Shown here: one piece after another, positions 48,961 through 59,279 of the stretch | Layout of the letters: each line of letters begins with the position of its first letter | How positions within the stretch are numbered: the stretch's first letter is position 1 | NCBI GenBank assembly: GCA_965216875.1 | Contig: OZ244207.1 | Coordinates: 4,864,001-4,928,000 of the forward strand | From: Rubripirellula sp. | GTDB taxonomy: Bacteria; Planctomycetota; Planctomycetia; Pirellulales; Pirellulaceae | DNA length: 64,000 bases | Direction: 5' to 3' | Position numbers and translations under genes: made by a program | Notes under the pieces: model-generated | What the model was told of the DNA's origin: nothing | Databases searched by the model: none | What the model saw: the letters and a program-made list of their open reading frames with translations, nothing else

Positions 48961-50532
48961 ATGGTCACTCCGATCTTTTCCAGCCGTCTGTTGCGATGTC
49001 TCGCCTTTCTATGCTTCTTACTGTGCTTCGGCGCCGTGACAACGCCCCACGCGTTTTGTGCCGAGCCTGACACGCGCCCCAATATCGTCGTGATCATGGC
49101 CGACGACTTGGGTTACTCCGACCTGGGCTGCTACGGCAGCGAAATCGAAACACCCCATTTGGACGCGTTGGCCAAATCGGGAGTGCGGATGACTCAGTTT
49201 TACAACACGGCGAAATGCCATTCGTCGCGAGTCGCCCTCCTGACCGGTTTGTATTGCGACCAAGCCGGTTCAACCAAACTTTCTCGTTGTACCACGATCG
49301 CTCGCGAGTTAAAGAAGGCGGGGTACTTCACCGCGATGGCCGGCAAATGGCACCTCGATGATGAACCGACCGACCATGGTTTCCAGCGTTACTTCGGTCA
49401 CCTCAGTGGAGCAACCAACTTCTTTACCGGCGACAACACGTTTCGGCTTAACGGAAAACCCTTCAACGATTTCGGCGAGGGGTTTTATACAACGATCGCA
49501 AACACCGACTACGCAATGGGGTTCGTTGACGAAGCGATTGAAAAGGAAAAACCGTTCTTGCTTTACGTGGCTCACAATGCGCCGCACTATCCGTTGCATG
49601 TCCTCAAGAAGGACTACGAAAAGTACCGCGGCCAGTACGACGTCGGCTGGGATGAAATCCGACGTCGTCGATACGAAAAACAAAAGGCACTTGGCCTAGT
49701 CGATCCGGCCGTCGCCAAACTGAGTGAGCGCCCCGCACACGTGCCCGCTTGGGATTCGCTTGATGCCGAAGACCAGCGTTGGGAATCGAACCGCATGGCC
49801 GCCTACGCCGGCATGGTCGATTGCTTGGACCGCGAAATCGGGCGACTCGTCGGACACCTCAAACAAACGGGCAAGTTCGACAACACGGTCTTCCTGTTTG
49901 TCAGCGACAACGGAGCTTGTCCGTTTGAACGAACCAAGGGTAAAGAGCTCGAACCTTTCGATCCCAAGAGCTACTGGACCTACGACACCGGATGGGCGCA
50001 CGTTGGTAACACGCCGTTTCGGTATTACAAACAAAACAGTCATGAAGGCGGGATCTCGTCGCCTGCGATCTTACATTGGCCCGACGGCATGAAGGCAGCG
50101 GCCGGTTCGTTCGATTCGCAACCGGCCCATCTGATCGACATCATGGCAACCTGTCTCGATCTCGCTGGCGCAAACTATCCTGAAAAAGTTGGCAACCGAA
50201 CGATCGAACCGCTAATGGGACGTTCGCTGAAACCGATCTTGCTTGGACAAACGCGCAGCCCGCATCCCTACCTCTACTTTCAGTTTGGTCCGAACCGAGG
50301 TTTGAGAGTGGGTGACTGGAAGATCGTTTCGTATCGAAGTGGTCCTTGGGAGTTGTTCAACCTCAAAGAAGATCGCAGTGAAACAAACGACCTGGTCAAA
50401 CAGCAACCCGAACGCGCTGAACGATTGAGAAAACAATGGTTCACGATTGCCGAAGAAGTTGACCGGCTGCCCAAGAATCACCTCAAACCGGTCAAGAACA
50501 AGTCGTCAGCTAGCTCGCAGAAGTTTCGCTAG
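48961..50532 (+). CDS. Arylsulfatase (S1)
   Basis: PNIVVIMADDLG, variant signature CHSSRVALLTG, GKWHL, APHYPLH and SDNG. Confidence 0.93.
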   Translation: MVTPIFSSRLLRCLAFLCFLLCFGAVTTPHAFCAEPDTRPNIVVIMADDLGYSDLGCYGSEIETPHLDALAKSGVRMTQFYNTAKCHSSRVALLTGLYCDQAGSTKLSRCTTIARELKKAGYFTAMAGKWHLDDEPTDHGFQRYFGHLSGATNFFTGDNTFRLNGKPFNDFGEGFYTTIANTDYAMGFVDEAIEKEKPFLLYVAHNAPHYPLHVLKKDYEKYRGQYDVGWDEIRRRRYEKQKALGLVDPAVAKLSERPAHVPAWDSLDAEDQRWESNRMAAYAGMVDCLDREIGRLVGHLKQTGKFDNTVFLFVSDNGACPFERTKGKELEPFDPKSYWTYDTGWAHVGNTPFRYYKQNSHEGGISSPAILHWPDGMKAAAGSFDSQPAHLIDIMATCLDLAGANYPEKVGNRTIEPLMGRSLKPILLGQTRSPHPYLYFQFGPNRGLRVGDWKIVSYRSGPWELFNLKEDRSETNDLVKQQPERAERLRKQWFTIAEEVDRLPKNHLKPVKNKSSASSQKFR

Positions 50533-50613
50533 ACTGCGGACATTGCGCCGATGCGTTGGCGCGGCGACACGGCGACCGGGTTAAAACGGGGCACAACCAC
50601 AACACGAGACGCC

Positions 50614-51045
50614 ATGTCCAGCAACAATCCCTTTCCCCCAGATCCCAATCAAGGACCTTACATCGACGGACCACCCGGGCCCTACCATGGGTCGCAAGGA
50701 CCCTACCACGCCCCGACTCCACCTCCCGTCGTTCAGCCATACGGACACGGCCAAAGCCCGATCCCGAAACCGGATAGCTATTTGGGACCGGCGATCCTTG
50801 TCACGATGTTCTGCTTCTTGCCGTTTGGAATTGTCGGGATCGTCTACGCTTGTCAGGTTGATTCAAAGTGGGCCGTGGGCGATTGGGCGGGTGCTGAGAT
50901 GTCGGCCAAATCGGCTCAAACATGGACGAAGATCGGCTTTTTCTGTGGGCTGATCCCCGTTCTGATCGCGGTCTTGTTCTGGGCCTTTATCATGCTGCAG
51001 ATGTTTTTGGTGTTCTTGGGAGTGGTGGCCTCGGCCCAACAGTGA
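50614..51045 (+). CDS. CD225/dispanin family protein with Pro-rich N-terminus
   Basis: PDSYLGPAILVTMFCFLPFGIVGIVYACQVD...GD..GA...AK.A. Start placed at ATG 50614. Confidence 0.88.
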   Translation: MSSNNPFPPDPNQGPYIDGPPGPYHGSQGPYHAPTPPPVVQPYGHGQSPIPKPDSYLGPAILVTMFCFLPFGIVGIVYACQVDSKWAVGDWAGAEMSAKSAQTWTKIGFFCGLIPVLIAVLFWAFIMLQMFLVFLGVVASAQQ

Positions 51046-51244
51046 CACGCCCGTTGCCGACAAGTCGGCAGCCTCTGTTAAGATCGACGCGGAAGCCAGC
51101 CGAAACTCTCTGAAACAAAGTCGGCGAAACTACTCCCGTGCACATGCATTGCGCTTTACCCGCGCGCGCCAGGGCCGTATCCTTTTGTTGGCGTTTCGTA
51201 CGAGAGAAACCAACTTCGCCAAGACTACCTGAGGACGGATAGAC

Positions 51245-51574
51245 ATGTCGGACGCAAATCCCTTTCAAACTCCAGCGGCGGGACCACCAGCCGGTCAAAA
51301 GCCTGACAACTACTTGATTCAATCGATTCTTGTCACGCTCTGCTGCTGCTTGCCGCTGGGAATCGTCGGAATCATTTTCGCTGCACAAGTCGATTCGAAA
51401 TGGAACGCTGGCGACCAAGCGGGCGCCATCTCTGCTGCCGAAAACGCCAAAAAATGGACCATGATTGGCCTGATTTGCGGCGTCATCTTGAACCTGGTGG
51501 TGTTTGGAATTCAGATTCTGGCTGTCATGGGCGCCGCAGCCGGTGCGAACGCAGGTGGCGGCGGTGGTTTCTAA
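51245..51574 (+). CDS. CD225/dispanin family protein
   Basis: PDNYLIQSILVTLCCCLPLGIVGIIFAAQVD...GDQAGA...AKKW, with GAGG upstream. Confidence 0.92.
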   Translation: MSDANPFQTPAAGPPAGQKPDNYLIQSILVTLCCCLPLGIVGIIFAAQVDSKWNAGDQAGAISAAENAKKWTMIGLICGVILNLVVFGIQILAVMGAAAGANAGGGGGF

Positions 51575-51621
51575 CCAAACGATCACTGCTCCTGATCTAG
51601 CGCAGTCGGTTTTCGACAGCT

Positions 51622-52068
51622 GTGACTGAAAACACCAACAAGCGAAAACGCTTTTGGTTGATGCCTACGATTGCCCTGTCCGTTCTGGCCGGGGCATTCA
51701 TCTTGTGGCGTTTTGAGCCAACAGAAACGAGTTGGCTGCCGAAGTGTATCCTTCATCACTGGACCGGGCTGCATTGCCCAGGTTGTGGCACCACGCGCGC
51801 TTTGCACAGTGTGCTGCATGGCGAATTGTTGTGGGCCATCAAGTACAACCCACTGCTCATCATTGGCGGCCCGATCATTGCCGTCATCATCTGGTACCAG
51901 CGACGACACGAACGCCTCACCCGTGAAGCGATTCCACGATTGAGCTGGATGCTCTTTATCGTCGTCACCCTCTACTTCGTCGCGAGAAACCTTCCCTCGC
52001 CAACGACCAGCCCACTGGCACCGCCAGTGAAAACTAACGAATTCCAGCAGGTCGATCGCGTGGAATGA
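51622..52068 (+). CDS. DUF2752 domain membrane protein
   Basis: C.....TGLHCPGCGTTRA...LHG....A..YNP. Confidence 0.9.
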   Translation: MTENTNKRKRFWLMPTIALSVLAGAFILWRFEPTETSWLPKCILHHWTGLHCPGCGTTRALHSVLHGELLWAIKYNPLLIIGGPIIAVIIWYQRRHERLTREAIPRLSWMLFIVVTLYFVARNLPSPTTSPLAPPVKTNEFQQVDRVE

Positions 52069-54424
52069 GATTCCAATTCTCATTGCGAATATGCCGAACA
52101 ACTGTCTTGCGAATGTACTTATCAAGATCGACCAGTTCTTCATGTATTCCGATTAGTTTGGTTTTCGACCGCCTGTCAGCACAGGCTTTGACCGCCATCC
52201 GCATATACCCGATCGACGAACGCACAAGGCGGTGTGAATTCAGCGTGAAAAAGCCCTCCGAGTGTGAGCGATTGACACAAAATCGATTTTGATAGGTCTG
52301 CAGCCAATCTCCGTTTCCGCGCCATTGATGTCGAACATACTCGAGCACTCGAATCTCAGTCGTGATCGCGCGACGGATCCAAAGCAACACATCACTTGCC
52401 ATTTCCGGTGTCACGACGCCACGTTCAAAATGAAGGTGATCGCGGTCGGTTGATTCGTCGAAACCAACGTTGTGCTGGAGCAGTTGAGACACGAAATTGA
52501 ACATTACGCCAGTTTGCTCGAGCAGTCGCGACGCGCGGTCAGTGATCAGCACCATGTCTGAGGGCTTTGCTGATGACTTGCCCGAGTGGATCTGCCGAAA
52601 CCTTGTGATTTCCACGAATCCGCTATGGCGCACTTGCCGACCCTGGATCAACGACGTCACATACTCGGTGACATGTTGCTCGGAAAAGCCCAACATCTTG
52701 CATCGATCGCATACCAATTGAAGCTTCGCCTTGCTTCGCCAACGATACTCCAGCGAGTTCCCGCAGGCGTTGTAGATTGCGGTCAGCACGAACTGGGGCA
52801 ACAACATCTCCATGAACTGCGGGTTCACGCTGTCCAAATCAGGATTAAAGAAATACCTGCCATCTCCGTCTTCTTGCCACCCCCCTTCATCAACCCAGGC
52901 AACGGGATTGAAGAGAGTGACGTCGTAGACGCTCGGCATTGAGGCGACTACCGATTGCGACCCAAGCCACCGATAGTAGAGAGATTTGATTGCCGCCCTT
53001 CGCCGGATAGCATTGTTCCTGTCTCCACCGGTTCCGCCGAGTCGGTTCCAATCAAGCCTAAGATCCTCAACCACGTATTCCACAAAGTTAGCAATCGACG
53101 CAAGCATGTCGCGACGATTTCCATTGGCGAGCATCTGGGCGTCACGATTGACCGATTTGATCTGTCGAATCTCATGACAGGCGTTCGCGACCGTACGAAC
53201 GTCCTGAGGATCAACACCAGGAATCTGCTTGCCCTCAGCGAGGCTCGCTAGAAAATTTAGGCGTAGTTGATGGATCCGATCATCAAATGCCTCGCGGTTT
53301 CGAAGCACTTCCGAATCAGCAAATTCGTCATCGGCGATATCCTCCTCGTCGATGAATCGCCCCCTTTCAAGGCGAGCAAACTCTTCGATTGTCTCGCTGG
53401 CAACCTCGCCTGGGTCAAGCGAAAGCTTCATTGCTACAGATGCGAATTCTCCAAACAGCGGCGGCTCGTCAGCGCCAGATTCAGCATCGCCAATAACGTT
53501 GCGTGGCAGAAACGCATCTTCGTTTTCCGGTCTGAGGCACATTAAGAAAAGCACCGCCGAACTTAGAGTCTGTGACTCCGTGCTCATCCAGTGTTTGATT
53601 CCTTCACGTACGCGGATATCTTCGACACTATCGAGGTTATCAAACAGAACGACTACGCGACGTCGTGGTTTATCGTTCCTTAGTCGATTGAATTCGGTGA
53701 TCGCATACAGCTTTTCTGTGATTGACAGATGCTGCCCCAATTCGAGCATAAGGTCGACGACTCTAGGATCATGATCGTTCGACGACGGACTACCAACCGA
53801 TGCGAGCCAATCAACCAGCCCGACCTCCGTACCGCGCTGTGCGATCTTCCAGCGATCACGTATTTGACTCGCGATCCGTGTCGCTTCACCGGGAGTCAGT
53901 GCTGTCACGTTGTCGTCGGCGAGGAAGATCATCGCCATGTCAAACGCCGTCAGCGCAGAATCATTTACGAACCGGTAGATCTCCTTCTCCAACATGTTGC
54001 GTAGCCAGCGATCCAACAACTCAGGATCGTGTTCGTGGCAATCATGCGCCTTAAAATCAACCACTATGAATGGCAGATCATATTCTTGTGAGTATGCACG
54101 CAATACTTTGTATGCAATAGTCGTTTTGCCAACACCTACCGAGCCGATTAGCCAAGTCGACATCGCGTTGCTTTCTATGATCCGCCGAATCCTCTTCTCG
54201 TCATCTGGTCGGCTCACATAGAGCTTATTGAAGAACTTCTCGATATCCAAACCACAATCGTAGGCGTAGCCAGATAGCGGCCCGTTCTCAGTTGCATCAA
54301 CGCCGAAAGTCGCGACAAACGCGTAAGCACCAAATGCTTCCTTCAAACGATCCGTCGTTGTCTTCCCTGTCATAGAAACAATGCCCGTCTTTTTGCGTGA
54401 AACGTTTAGAGCAGATTCCGTCAA
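52034..54424 (-). CDS. Orphan P-loop NTPase (AAA+/STAND-like)
   Basis: 796 aa. Walker A GSVGVGKTT, Walker B VVVLFDNLD and a later LANGNRR (GNxR). Start is TTG 54424 or ATG 54373. Confidence 0.78.
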   Translation of the reverse strand: MTESALNVSRKKTGIVSMTGKTTTDRLKEAFGAYAFVATFGVDATENGPLSGYAYDCGLDIEKFFNKLYVSRPDDEKRIRRIIESNAMSTWLIGSVGVGKTTIAYKVLRAYSQEYDLPFIVVDFKAHDCHEHDPELLDRWLRNMLEKEIYRFVNDSALTAFDMAMIFLADDNVTALTPGEATRIASQIRDRWKIAQRGTEVGLVDWLASVGSPSSNDHDPRVVDLMLELGQHLSITEKLYAITEFNRLRNDKPRRRVVVLFDNLDSVEDIRVREGIKHWMSTESQTLSSAVLFLMCLRPENEDAFLPRNVIGDAESGADEPPLFGEFASVAMKLSLDPGEVASETIEEFARLERGRFIDEEDIADDEFADSEVLRNREAFDDRIHQLRLNFLASLAEGKQIPGVDPQDVRTVANACHEIRQIKSVNRDAQMLANGNRRDMLASIANFVEYVVEDLRLDWNRLGGTGGDRNNAIRRRAAIKSLYYRWLGSQSVVASMPSVYDVTLFNPVAWVDEGGWQEDGDGRYFFNPDLDSVNPQFMEMLLPQFVLTAIYNACGNSLEYRWRSKAKLQLVCDRCKMLGFSEQHVTEYVTSLIQGRQVRHSGFVEITRFRQIHSGKSSAKPSDMVLITDRASRLLEQTGVMFNFVSQLLQHNVGFDESTDRDHLHFERGVVTPEMASDVLLWIRRAITTEIRVLEYVRHQWRGNGDWLQTYQNRFCVNRSHSEGFFTLNSHRLVRSSIGYMRMAVKACADRRSKTKLIGIHEELVDLDKYIRKTVVRHIRNENWNLIPRDRPAGIR

Positions 54425-54756
54425 AGATATCGCGTTATGTTTTCGGAATCTTATGTGTTAGATGACCGGTGAGCAAAAGCATGTGGCTCAAGAGCTGCGA
54501 CGTGTTCACCATATCGGCGGTTGAACTTCTCGGAAAAACGTGGCGTGATTCTGCGACTCACCTCCTTTTCTGCTCGATGAATCGAGCCCAACGATTTCTT
54601 TTTTCGATCACGTAGACACATTCGCGTTACCAACACGCGACCAATGAACAAAAGTCCACAGACGGCCTCGGTATCTGTGACTTTTTCACAGTTTATGATT
54701 GACACCAGCCGCGATGTGTGAAAAAACCACAGTTGCTTCCACTCCAGAGACCTGTG

Positions 54757-55116
54757 ATGCAACTCAAAGAAAACGAACTTGAAGTGCTGCGACTGCTGTG
54801 GCGCAAGTCGCCGCTGAAGCCGAGCGAAATCCAAGATTCCTTTGGCTGGGAAATCGACAACGGAACCCTGCGAAGCGTGCTCGTCGCGATGGTCGACGAC
54901 GGCTTGCTGCGACGACGCAAGGAGGGCAAGGCGTTTGTCTATTCGGTTCGCGTTCGTCGCGAGACACTCCTCAAACGCATGGTCGGGCGGATCGCCGAAG
55001 TCTTCTCCGAAGGGTCGACAGGGAAACTGCTCATGGAACTGGCCAGCCAAGAGCACCTCTCTGCGGATGAGATTGCCGAACTGCAACAAATTGCAACCGA
55101 ATCGGAGGACGAATGA
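54757..55116 (+). CDS. BlaI/MecI/CopY family repressor
   Basis: ELEVLRLLW...TLRSVL...G.LRRRKEGKAFVY...LSADEIAEL. Its stop overlaps the M56 start. Confidence 0.92.
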   Translation: MQLKENELEVLRLLWRKSPLKPSEIQDSFGWEIDNGTLRSVLVAMVDDGLLRRRKEGKAFVYSVRVRRETLLKRMVGRIAEVFSEGSTGKLLMELASQEHLSADEIAELQQIATESEDE

Positions 55117-58100
55117 TGCTCGAGTCTTTCAACGCAATCGACTGGCTGCCGATTCTGTTTCGGATTACAGCCTTGCTTGCCGCCGGATGGATGGGATTGA
55201 TCATTCTCCGAAAGCGTCAACCAGCTGCCGCGATCACGATAGCGCGCGTCATGTTGATGGTCGTCTGGATCATGACGCCCGTCCTGGCGTTTGGCTGGCT
55301 GATTCCCGTGCCTGTGGTTGCCTTACGCGCGCCCGCAACATCCGCGCCGACTCCACAGCCAATTGCCGAGCCTGTTCCATCGCAACGACCATCACCACCG
55401 AGCACACTGAAACCGGAAGCTACCGACGCTGCCTCGATCAATGCGGTGCAAACGCCAATGGTCAGCCCAACGCCGCCTTCCGTATCGATGGAAGCCAAAC
55501 TCGCTCCGCTACAGGTGTCTCCGTCGCTCGAGCCCGACAACGGACCACCAACGCTAGGAGTAGCGTCCCGCCCATTTCCCGCGGCTCAACTGCTGGGGCT
55601 CACTTGGGTCTTGATCAGCAGCATCTTGTTGTTGCGGATGGTGATCGGGCAAGCACGAACGCGGCGATTGGTTGCAGGTGCAAATGACGTTGACGACGAC
55701 GTCTGTGAACTCGCCGGGTCGTTGCTGGACGAAAAATACACTCGACCACGCATGATGTTCTCCCAATCGGTTGCCGGACCGTGCACGGCAGGTTTCTTTC
55801 GCCCCACCATCTTGTTGCCTCGTGAATGGTTTTCGCAACTCACACAGGAACAACAACGGATGGTGCTCGCCCACGAACTCTCACATGCCATCGGCGCCGA
55901 CGCGCGATGGGACGTGGTTGCCCAGATCACTCGGTCCGTCTTTTGGTTCCATCCGCTGCTACTGGGAATCGTCCGCTCACACCGCTTGGCGTGCGAACAT
56001 CGTTGTGATCATGCCGCATCGCGGCAATGCGACCAGCCGCAAGACTACCGCCGCCAACTCGCCGCTTGGGCTTTAGATTTTCATCAGGGCACAAGACATC
56101 CCTCCAACGCGCTCGCGATGGCGGAACGTTCCTTGATGATCCGACGTCTGCGGTGGCTTAAGCAGACGCGGGGCAACACGCCGCTCACGAAACCCCGAAA
56201 AGCAGCACTTGCGTTGTCAATCATTGCAGCCGTCACCGTGGGACTCGTCGCGCCGACCTATGTTGCCTCGGCGAGCCCCGATGATCCGCCGAAAACGAAA
56301 CAGGAAGGAACGACCGACAAGGAAGAACCGGCCACAAAGTTCTTCCCAATCGTCTGGGGCGAGGCCCCGCTCAAGGTCGACCTGAAGGTGGCCGTCGACT
56401 TGAAGGTCAAGGTTGTCGATCAACAAAACGTTCCGGTAAAAGACGCCGAAGTCTTCTTGAGTATTGTCCGCGATAGCGCCGGAACGAGTGCATCGATGCC
56501 AATGACGTCGGGTTACCTTTCGGATGCCGATGGAATCGCTCGCGTCAAAATCCCGAAAGGGAGCGCACGGGTCAGTCTCTCAACCAAAGCCGAGGGATTC
56601 GCCAAACACAGCGGTGACTTCAGTCCGGGCGGGGCCGCCGAGATTCGACTACAGCGTGGACGCATCATCAAAGTCCGATCCGTTGATGAAGACGGCAAAC
56701 TGCTCGAGGACGCGTTCCCGATCCTGCAGAGTTCCAACATCATGGGGCGTGAATTCGTCAAACAAGACGACGGCAGCCATCATTCGCCCGTTGTCAAAGA
56801 CGAACGCACGCTGATGCAGGTCGCCGCTTCGGTACCCGATCGACCGATGTTGTTTAGTGGCTTGATCGATACTTCCGATCCTTCGCTTGCTGGCGAGGAT
56901 GACGTGATCGAATTGACCCTCAAACCAGGCGTCAAAATCGAGGGCGAACTGGACGAGAGCGTTCCGCGCCCCATCAAAGGGGGCTTTGTGGAATTGCTTG
57001 TTGTCGAAGGCAAGGACCAGAAGATTGAACGCCGTGGCATCCAGTGGCAAGACACCGTTCCCATTCGCCCCGACGGCCGGTTCGTCTTTCCTTCGGTCCC
57101 GCCGGGAGGCCACGCTCAGTTGTTCGTGCTTGGCGATGGATTTCAATCCACCAATCCAACCGAGCAAGAACTTCGCGACTATTTCAAAGAGCATGATGCG
57201 GGCGGCGAGGCGATGATTACCGGAGCGCTCAATCGGCCCGACATCTTGCCTCGATTGGTTCGGCTCACTCCCAACGATGGCGAAAACACCGTTCGCGTCA
57301 AATTGCCTTGTCGCGAAACGGCAAGCTTGGATGTTCGTGTGATCGATCCAGCGGGAAATCCGATTGCGGGCGCGGTCGGTTCCATGAATCCGAACGGCTA
57401 CTTCCTTTCCGGCGAACTCTTCATTCCTGGCACCGAATACTCAACCAGGCAAATGGTTAGTGGCAGTAATGCGTTCATGATGGTCGCAGGGCTTGTCGGA
57501 AACTCACCTCGCGATTTCGTGACCAAGAGTTTCTTGCAAGTGAAATCGGATGAAAAGGGAATCGTTCGTTTTCGCAATATCCCGTCACGACGCGACTCGT
57601 ACGAAATCGAAGCCGACGGTTACGTCATGGCTGCGCATCCAACGTCTTCGATCGACGATCCAGGACGGTACGCCCTGATCCAATTGGCCGATGGCGAACA
57701 AGCAACGCGCACCATCACCATGGAACGCGACCTGCCACGAAAATTCCGCGAAGTGACTGTGGTCTATCACGATGGACGGCCGCTAGACGACACCGAAGTC
57801 ACGGTCACCGAAATCACGACCAGCGACAACAACTCGGATTGGCAACAATGGTCGGTTCAACGTCTCGGCCCGCTTAGCAAAGGCAAGACCGACGAAAACG
57901 GTCGAATCGTCCTTTCGTATCCGGAAAAGCTCGAAGGCCAGCCCGTCAATGCACTCCGACTGCACCTGCGAGGACATCCAGAGCGAGACGTTTCGTATCG
58001 CACTTATGTTTCGATTCCAGCGGAATCAGATTCGCGCGTCGTGAAGATTCAACCCGCCAAGGCGCCGCGTTCTCCTGGAGCGTTGCGAATCGCCAGCGCG

Positions 58101-59279
58101 GTCTACGAAGCACTCAAGAGTGATGCGCCACCCTCGGAGCTCCTTAAAAGACTGACAAAAAAGCCGAGTGTCGTCGGGCTGCAGGAACTTCTCAATCTGA
58201 ATGAGTACGATGCCGCGACGGTGCTTGAACTCAAGGCCGAACGCAACATTGTACGGATGGAGGAGTCGGCGGCGGTCGAAGCGATCGAGACGTCGGATGG
58301 AAACCGAACGGTCGTTCTAGCTTCGGTTCGCCCCAAGGGTGCGACTTGGATCGATCGACCTGAATTGCGTTTCCCGCCGGAGGTTGGTTTCATCTTTGAT
58401 GAGGACGGAAAACTGGTATCGGTCGTCGGCGGGAACAAATCGGCATCCGGCGACCTGGAAGACATCATGTTGACGGACCTTGGAGGCACACGTGATTACT
58501 TTTTGGTTTCTACGGCATTCGAATCGCATCCGCCCTACAAGTACTACAGCAAGTGGTATCACATCGGGTCGGAATCCAAACCGGCGCTGACGGTTCATCA
58601 CTTTGCGAATTCGCGAGCGTGGTCGGGACGTAACGGCCGGAGCGTTCCACGATCGGAATTCGGGTACATGGAATACGAATTCAACGGCCGCGATATCGAT
58701 CACCAATTGCCGGGCACCATGCCCAACGGTGTCGATGTCCCGCGCAAAATCATGTGGGACCGCGCTCGCCAAACCTTTGTGGGGGCGACGACCCAGGCGT
58801 TCAACGGAGAATCGCTCTACAGGGTTGTCGAAGCAGAGTCGTCTGAATTTGAAGGGATTGCCCCCGAAAAGAATTCGATCATTTCGATGGGTGGGCGACG
58901 TGATTTCGACAACTGGCATCATTGGCTTGTCATGATTCCCGACGACAAGCAATACGCGCTTCGCCTTTTCATTCGAGAGGACTCTGGCGAAATCATTCGG
59001 GAATTTGATGAGCGTGACATTTCAGCGGGCATGCATAGCCTGCAACTGCATTTCGCCGACACTCAAAACGACAAAGTTAGCAAGCTGAAGATCACCGTCG
59101 ATGTTGCGGCCAACAAGAAGACGGACGAGCATTTGTCGTCCCATATTCCCGTCGATGCTTCGCCAACGGTGAAAGGGCAGGGTGTTGTCGCGATTGCCGA
59201 AGGAACGTTGCGACTGTTTGACAAGAAGCTCGATTACGAACAGCAATCGTTGGTTTGGATGGTGGAAGCGAAGAAGTAG
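55113..59279 (+). CDS. M56 (BlaR1/MecR1-like) metallopeptidase with large extracytoplasmic carboxypeptidase-regulatory-like repeats
   Basis: TM helices, HELSH zinc motif, FWFHPL and EHRCD; C-terminal repeats VVDQQNVPV and VIDPAGNPIAGA. Confidence 0.92.
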   Translation: MMLESFNAIDWLPILFRITALLAAGWMGLIILRKRQPAAAITIARVMLMVVWIMTPVLAFGWLIPVPVVALRAPATSAPTPQPIAEPVPSQRPSPPSTLKPEATDAASINAVQTPMVSPTPPSVSMEAKLAPLQVSPSLEPDNGPPTLGVASRPFPAAQLLGLTWVLISSILLLRMVIGQARTRRLVAGANDVDDDVCELAGSLLDEKYTRPRMMFSQSVAGPCTAGFFRPTILLPREWFSQLTQEQQRMVLAHELSHAIGADARWDVVAQITRSVFWFHPLLLGIVRSHRLACEHRCDHAASRQCDQPQDYRRQLAAWALDFHQGTRHPSNALAMAERSLMIRRLRWLKQTRGNTPLTKPRKAALALSIIAAVTVGLVAPTYVASASPDDPPKTKQEGTTDKEEPATKFFPIVWGEAPLKVDLKVAVDLKVKVVDQQNVPVKDAEVFLSIVRDSAGTSASMPMTSGYLSDADGIARVKIPKGSARVSLSTKAEGFAKHSGDFSPGGAAEIRLQRGRIIKVRSVDEDGKLLEDAFPILQSSNIMGREFVKQDDGSHHSPVVKDERTLMQVAASVPDRPMLFSGLIDTSDPSLAGEDDVIELTLKPGVKIEGELDESVPRPIKGGFVELLVVEGKDQKIERRGIQWQDTVPIRPDGRFVFPSVPPGGHAQLFVLGDGFQSTNPTEQELRDYFKEHDAGGEAMITGALNRPDILPRLVRLTPNDGENTVRVKLPCRETASLDVRVIDPAGNPIAGAVGSMNPNGYFLSGELFIPGTEYSTRQMVSGSNAFMMVAGLVGNSPRDFVTKSFLQVKSDEKGIVRFRNIPSRRDSYEIEADGYVMAAHPTSSIDDPGRYALIQLADGEQATRTITMERDLPRKFREVTVVYHDGRPLDDTEVTVTEITTSDNNSDWQQWSVQRLGPLSKGKTDENGRIVLSYPEKLEGQPVNALRLHLRGHPERDVSYRTYVSIPAESDSRVVKIQPAKAPRSPGALRIASAVYEALKSDAPPSELLKRLTKKPSVVGLQELLNLNEYDAATVLELKAERNIVRMEESAAVEAIETSDGNRTVVLASVRPKGATWIDRPELRFPPEVGFIFDEDGKLVSVVGGNKSASGDLEDIMLTDLGGTRDYFLVSTAFESHPPYKYYSKWYHIGSESKPALTVHHFANSRAWSGRNGRSVPRSEFGYMEYEFNGRDIDHQLPGTMPNGVDVPRKIMWDRARQTFVGATTQAFNGESLYRVVEAESSEFEGIAPEKNSIISMGGRRDFDNWHHWLVMIPDDKQYALRLFIREDSGEIIREFDERDISAGMHSLQLHFADTQNDKVSKLKITVDVAANKKTDEHLSSHIPVDASPTVKGQGVVAIAEGTLRLFDKKLDYEQQSLVWMVEAKK

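Noticed and set aside
51138..51152. Sigma-54 promoter upstream of the second CD225 gene (GTGCAC-N5-TTGC)
   Set aside because: It lacks the invariant GG at -24.
54451..54621. 56-aa basic ORF upstream of the orphan ATPase as a partner peptide
   Set aside because: There is no convincing ribosome-binding site at its ATG and no motif, so it cannot be told from a chance ORF without homologs.
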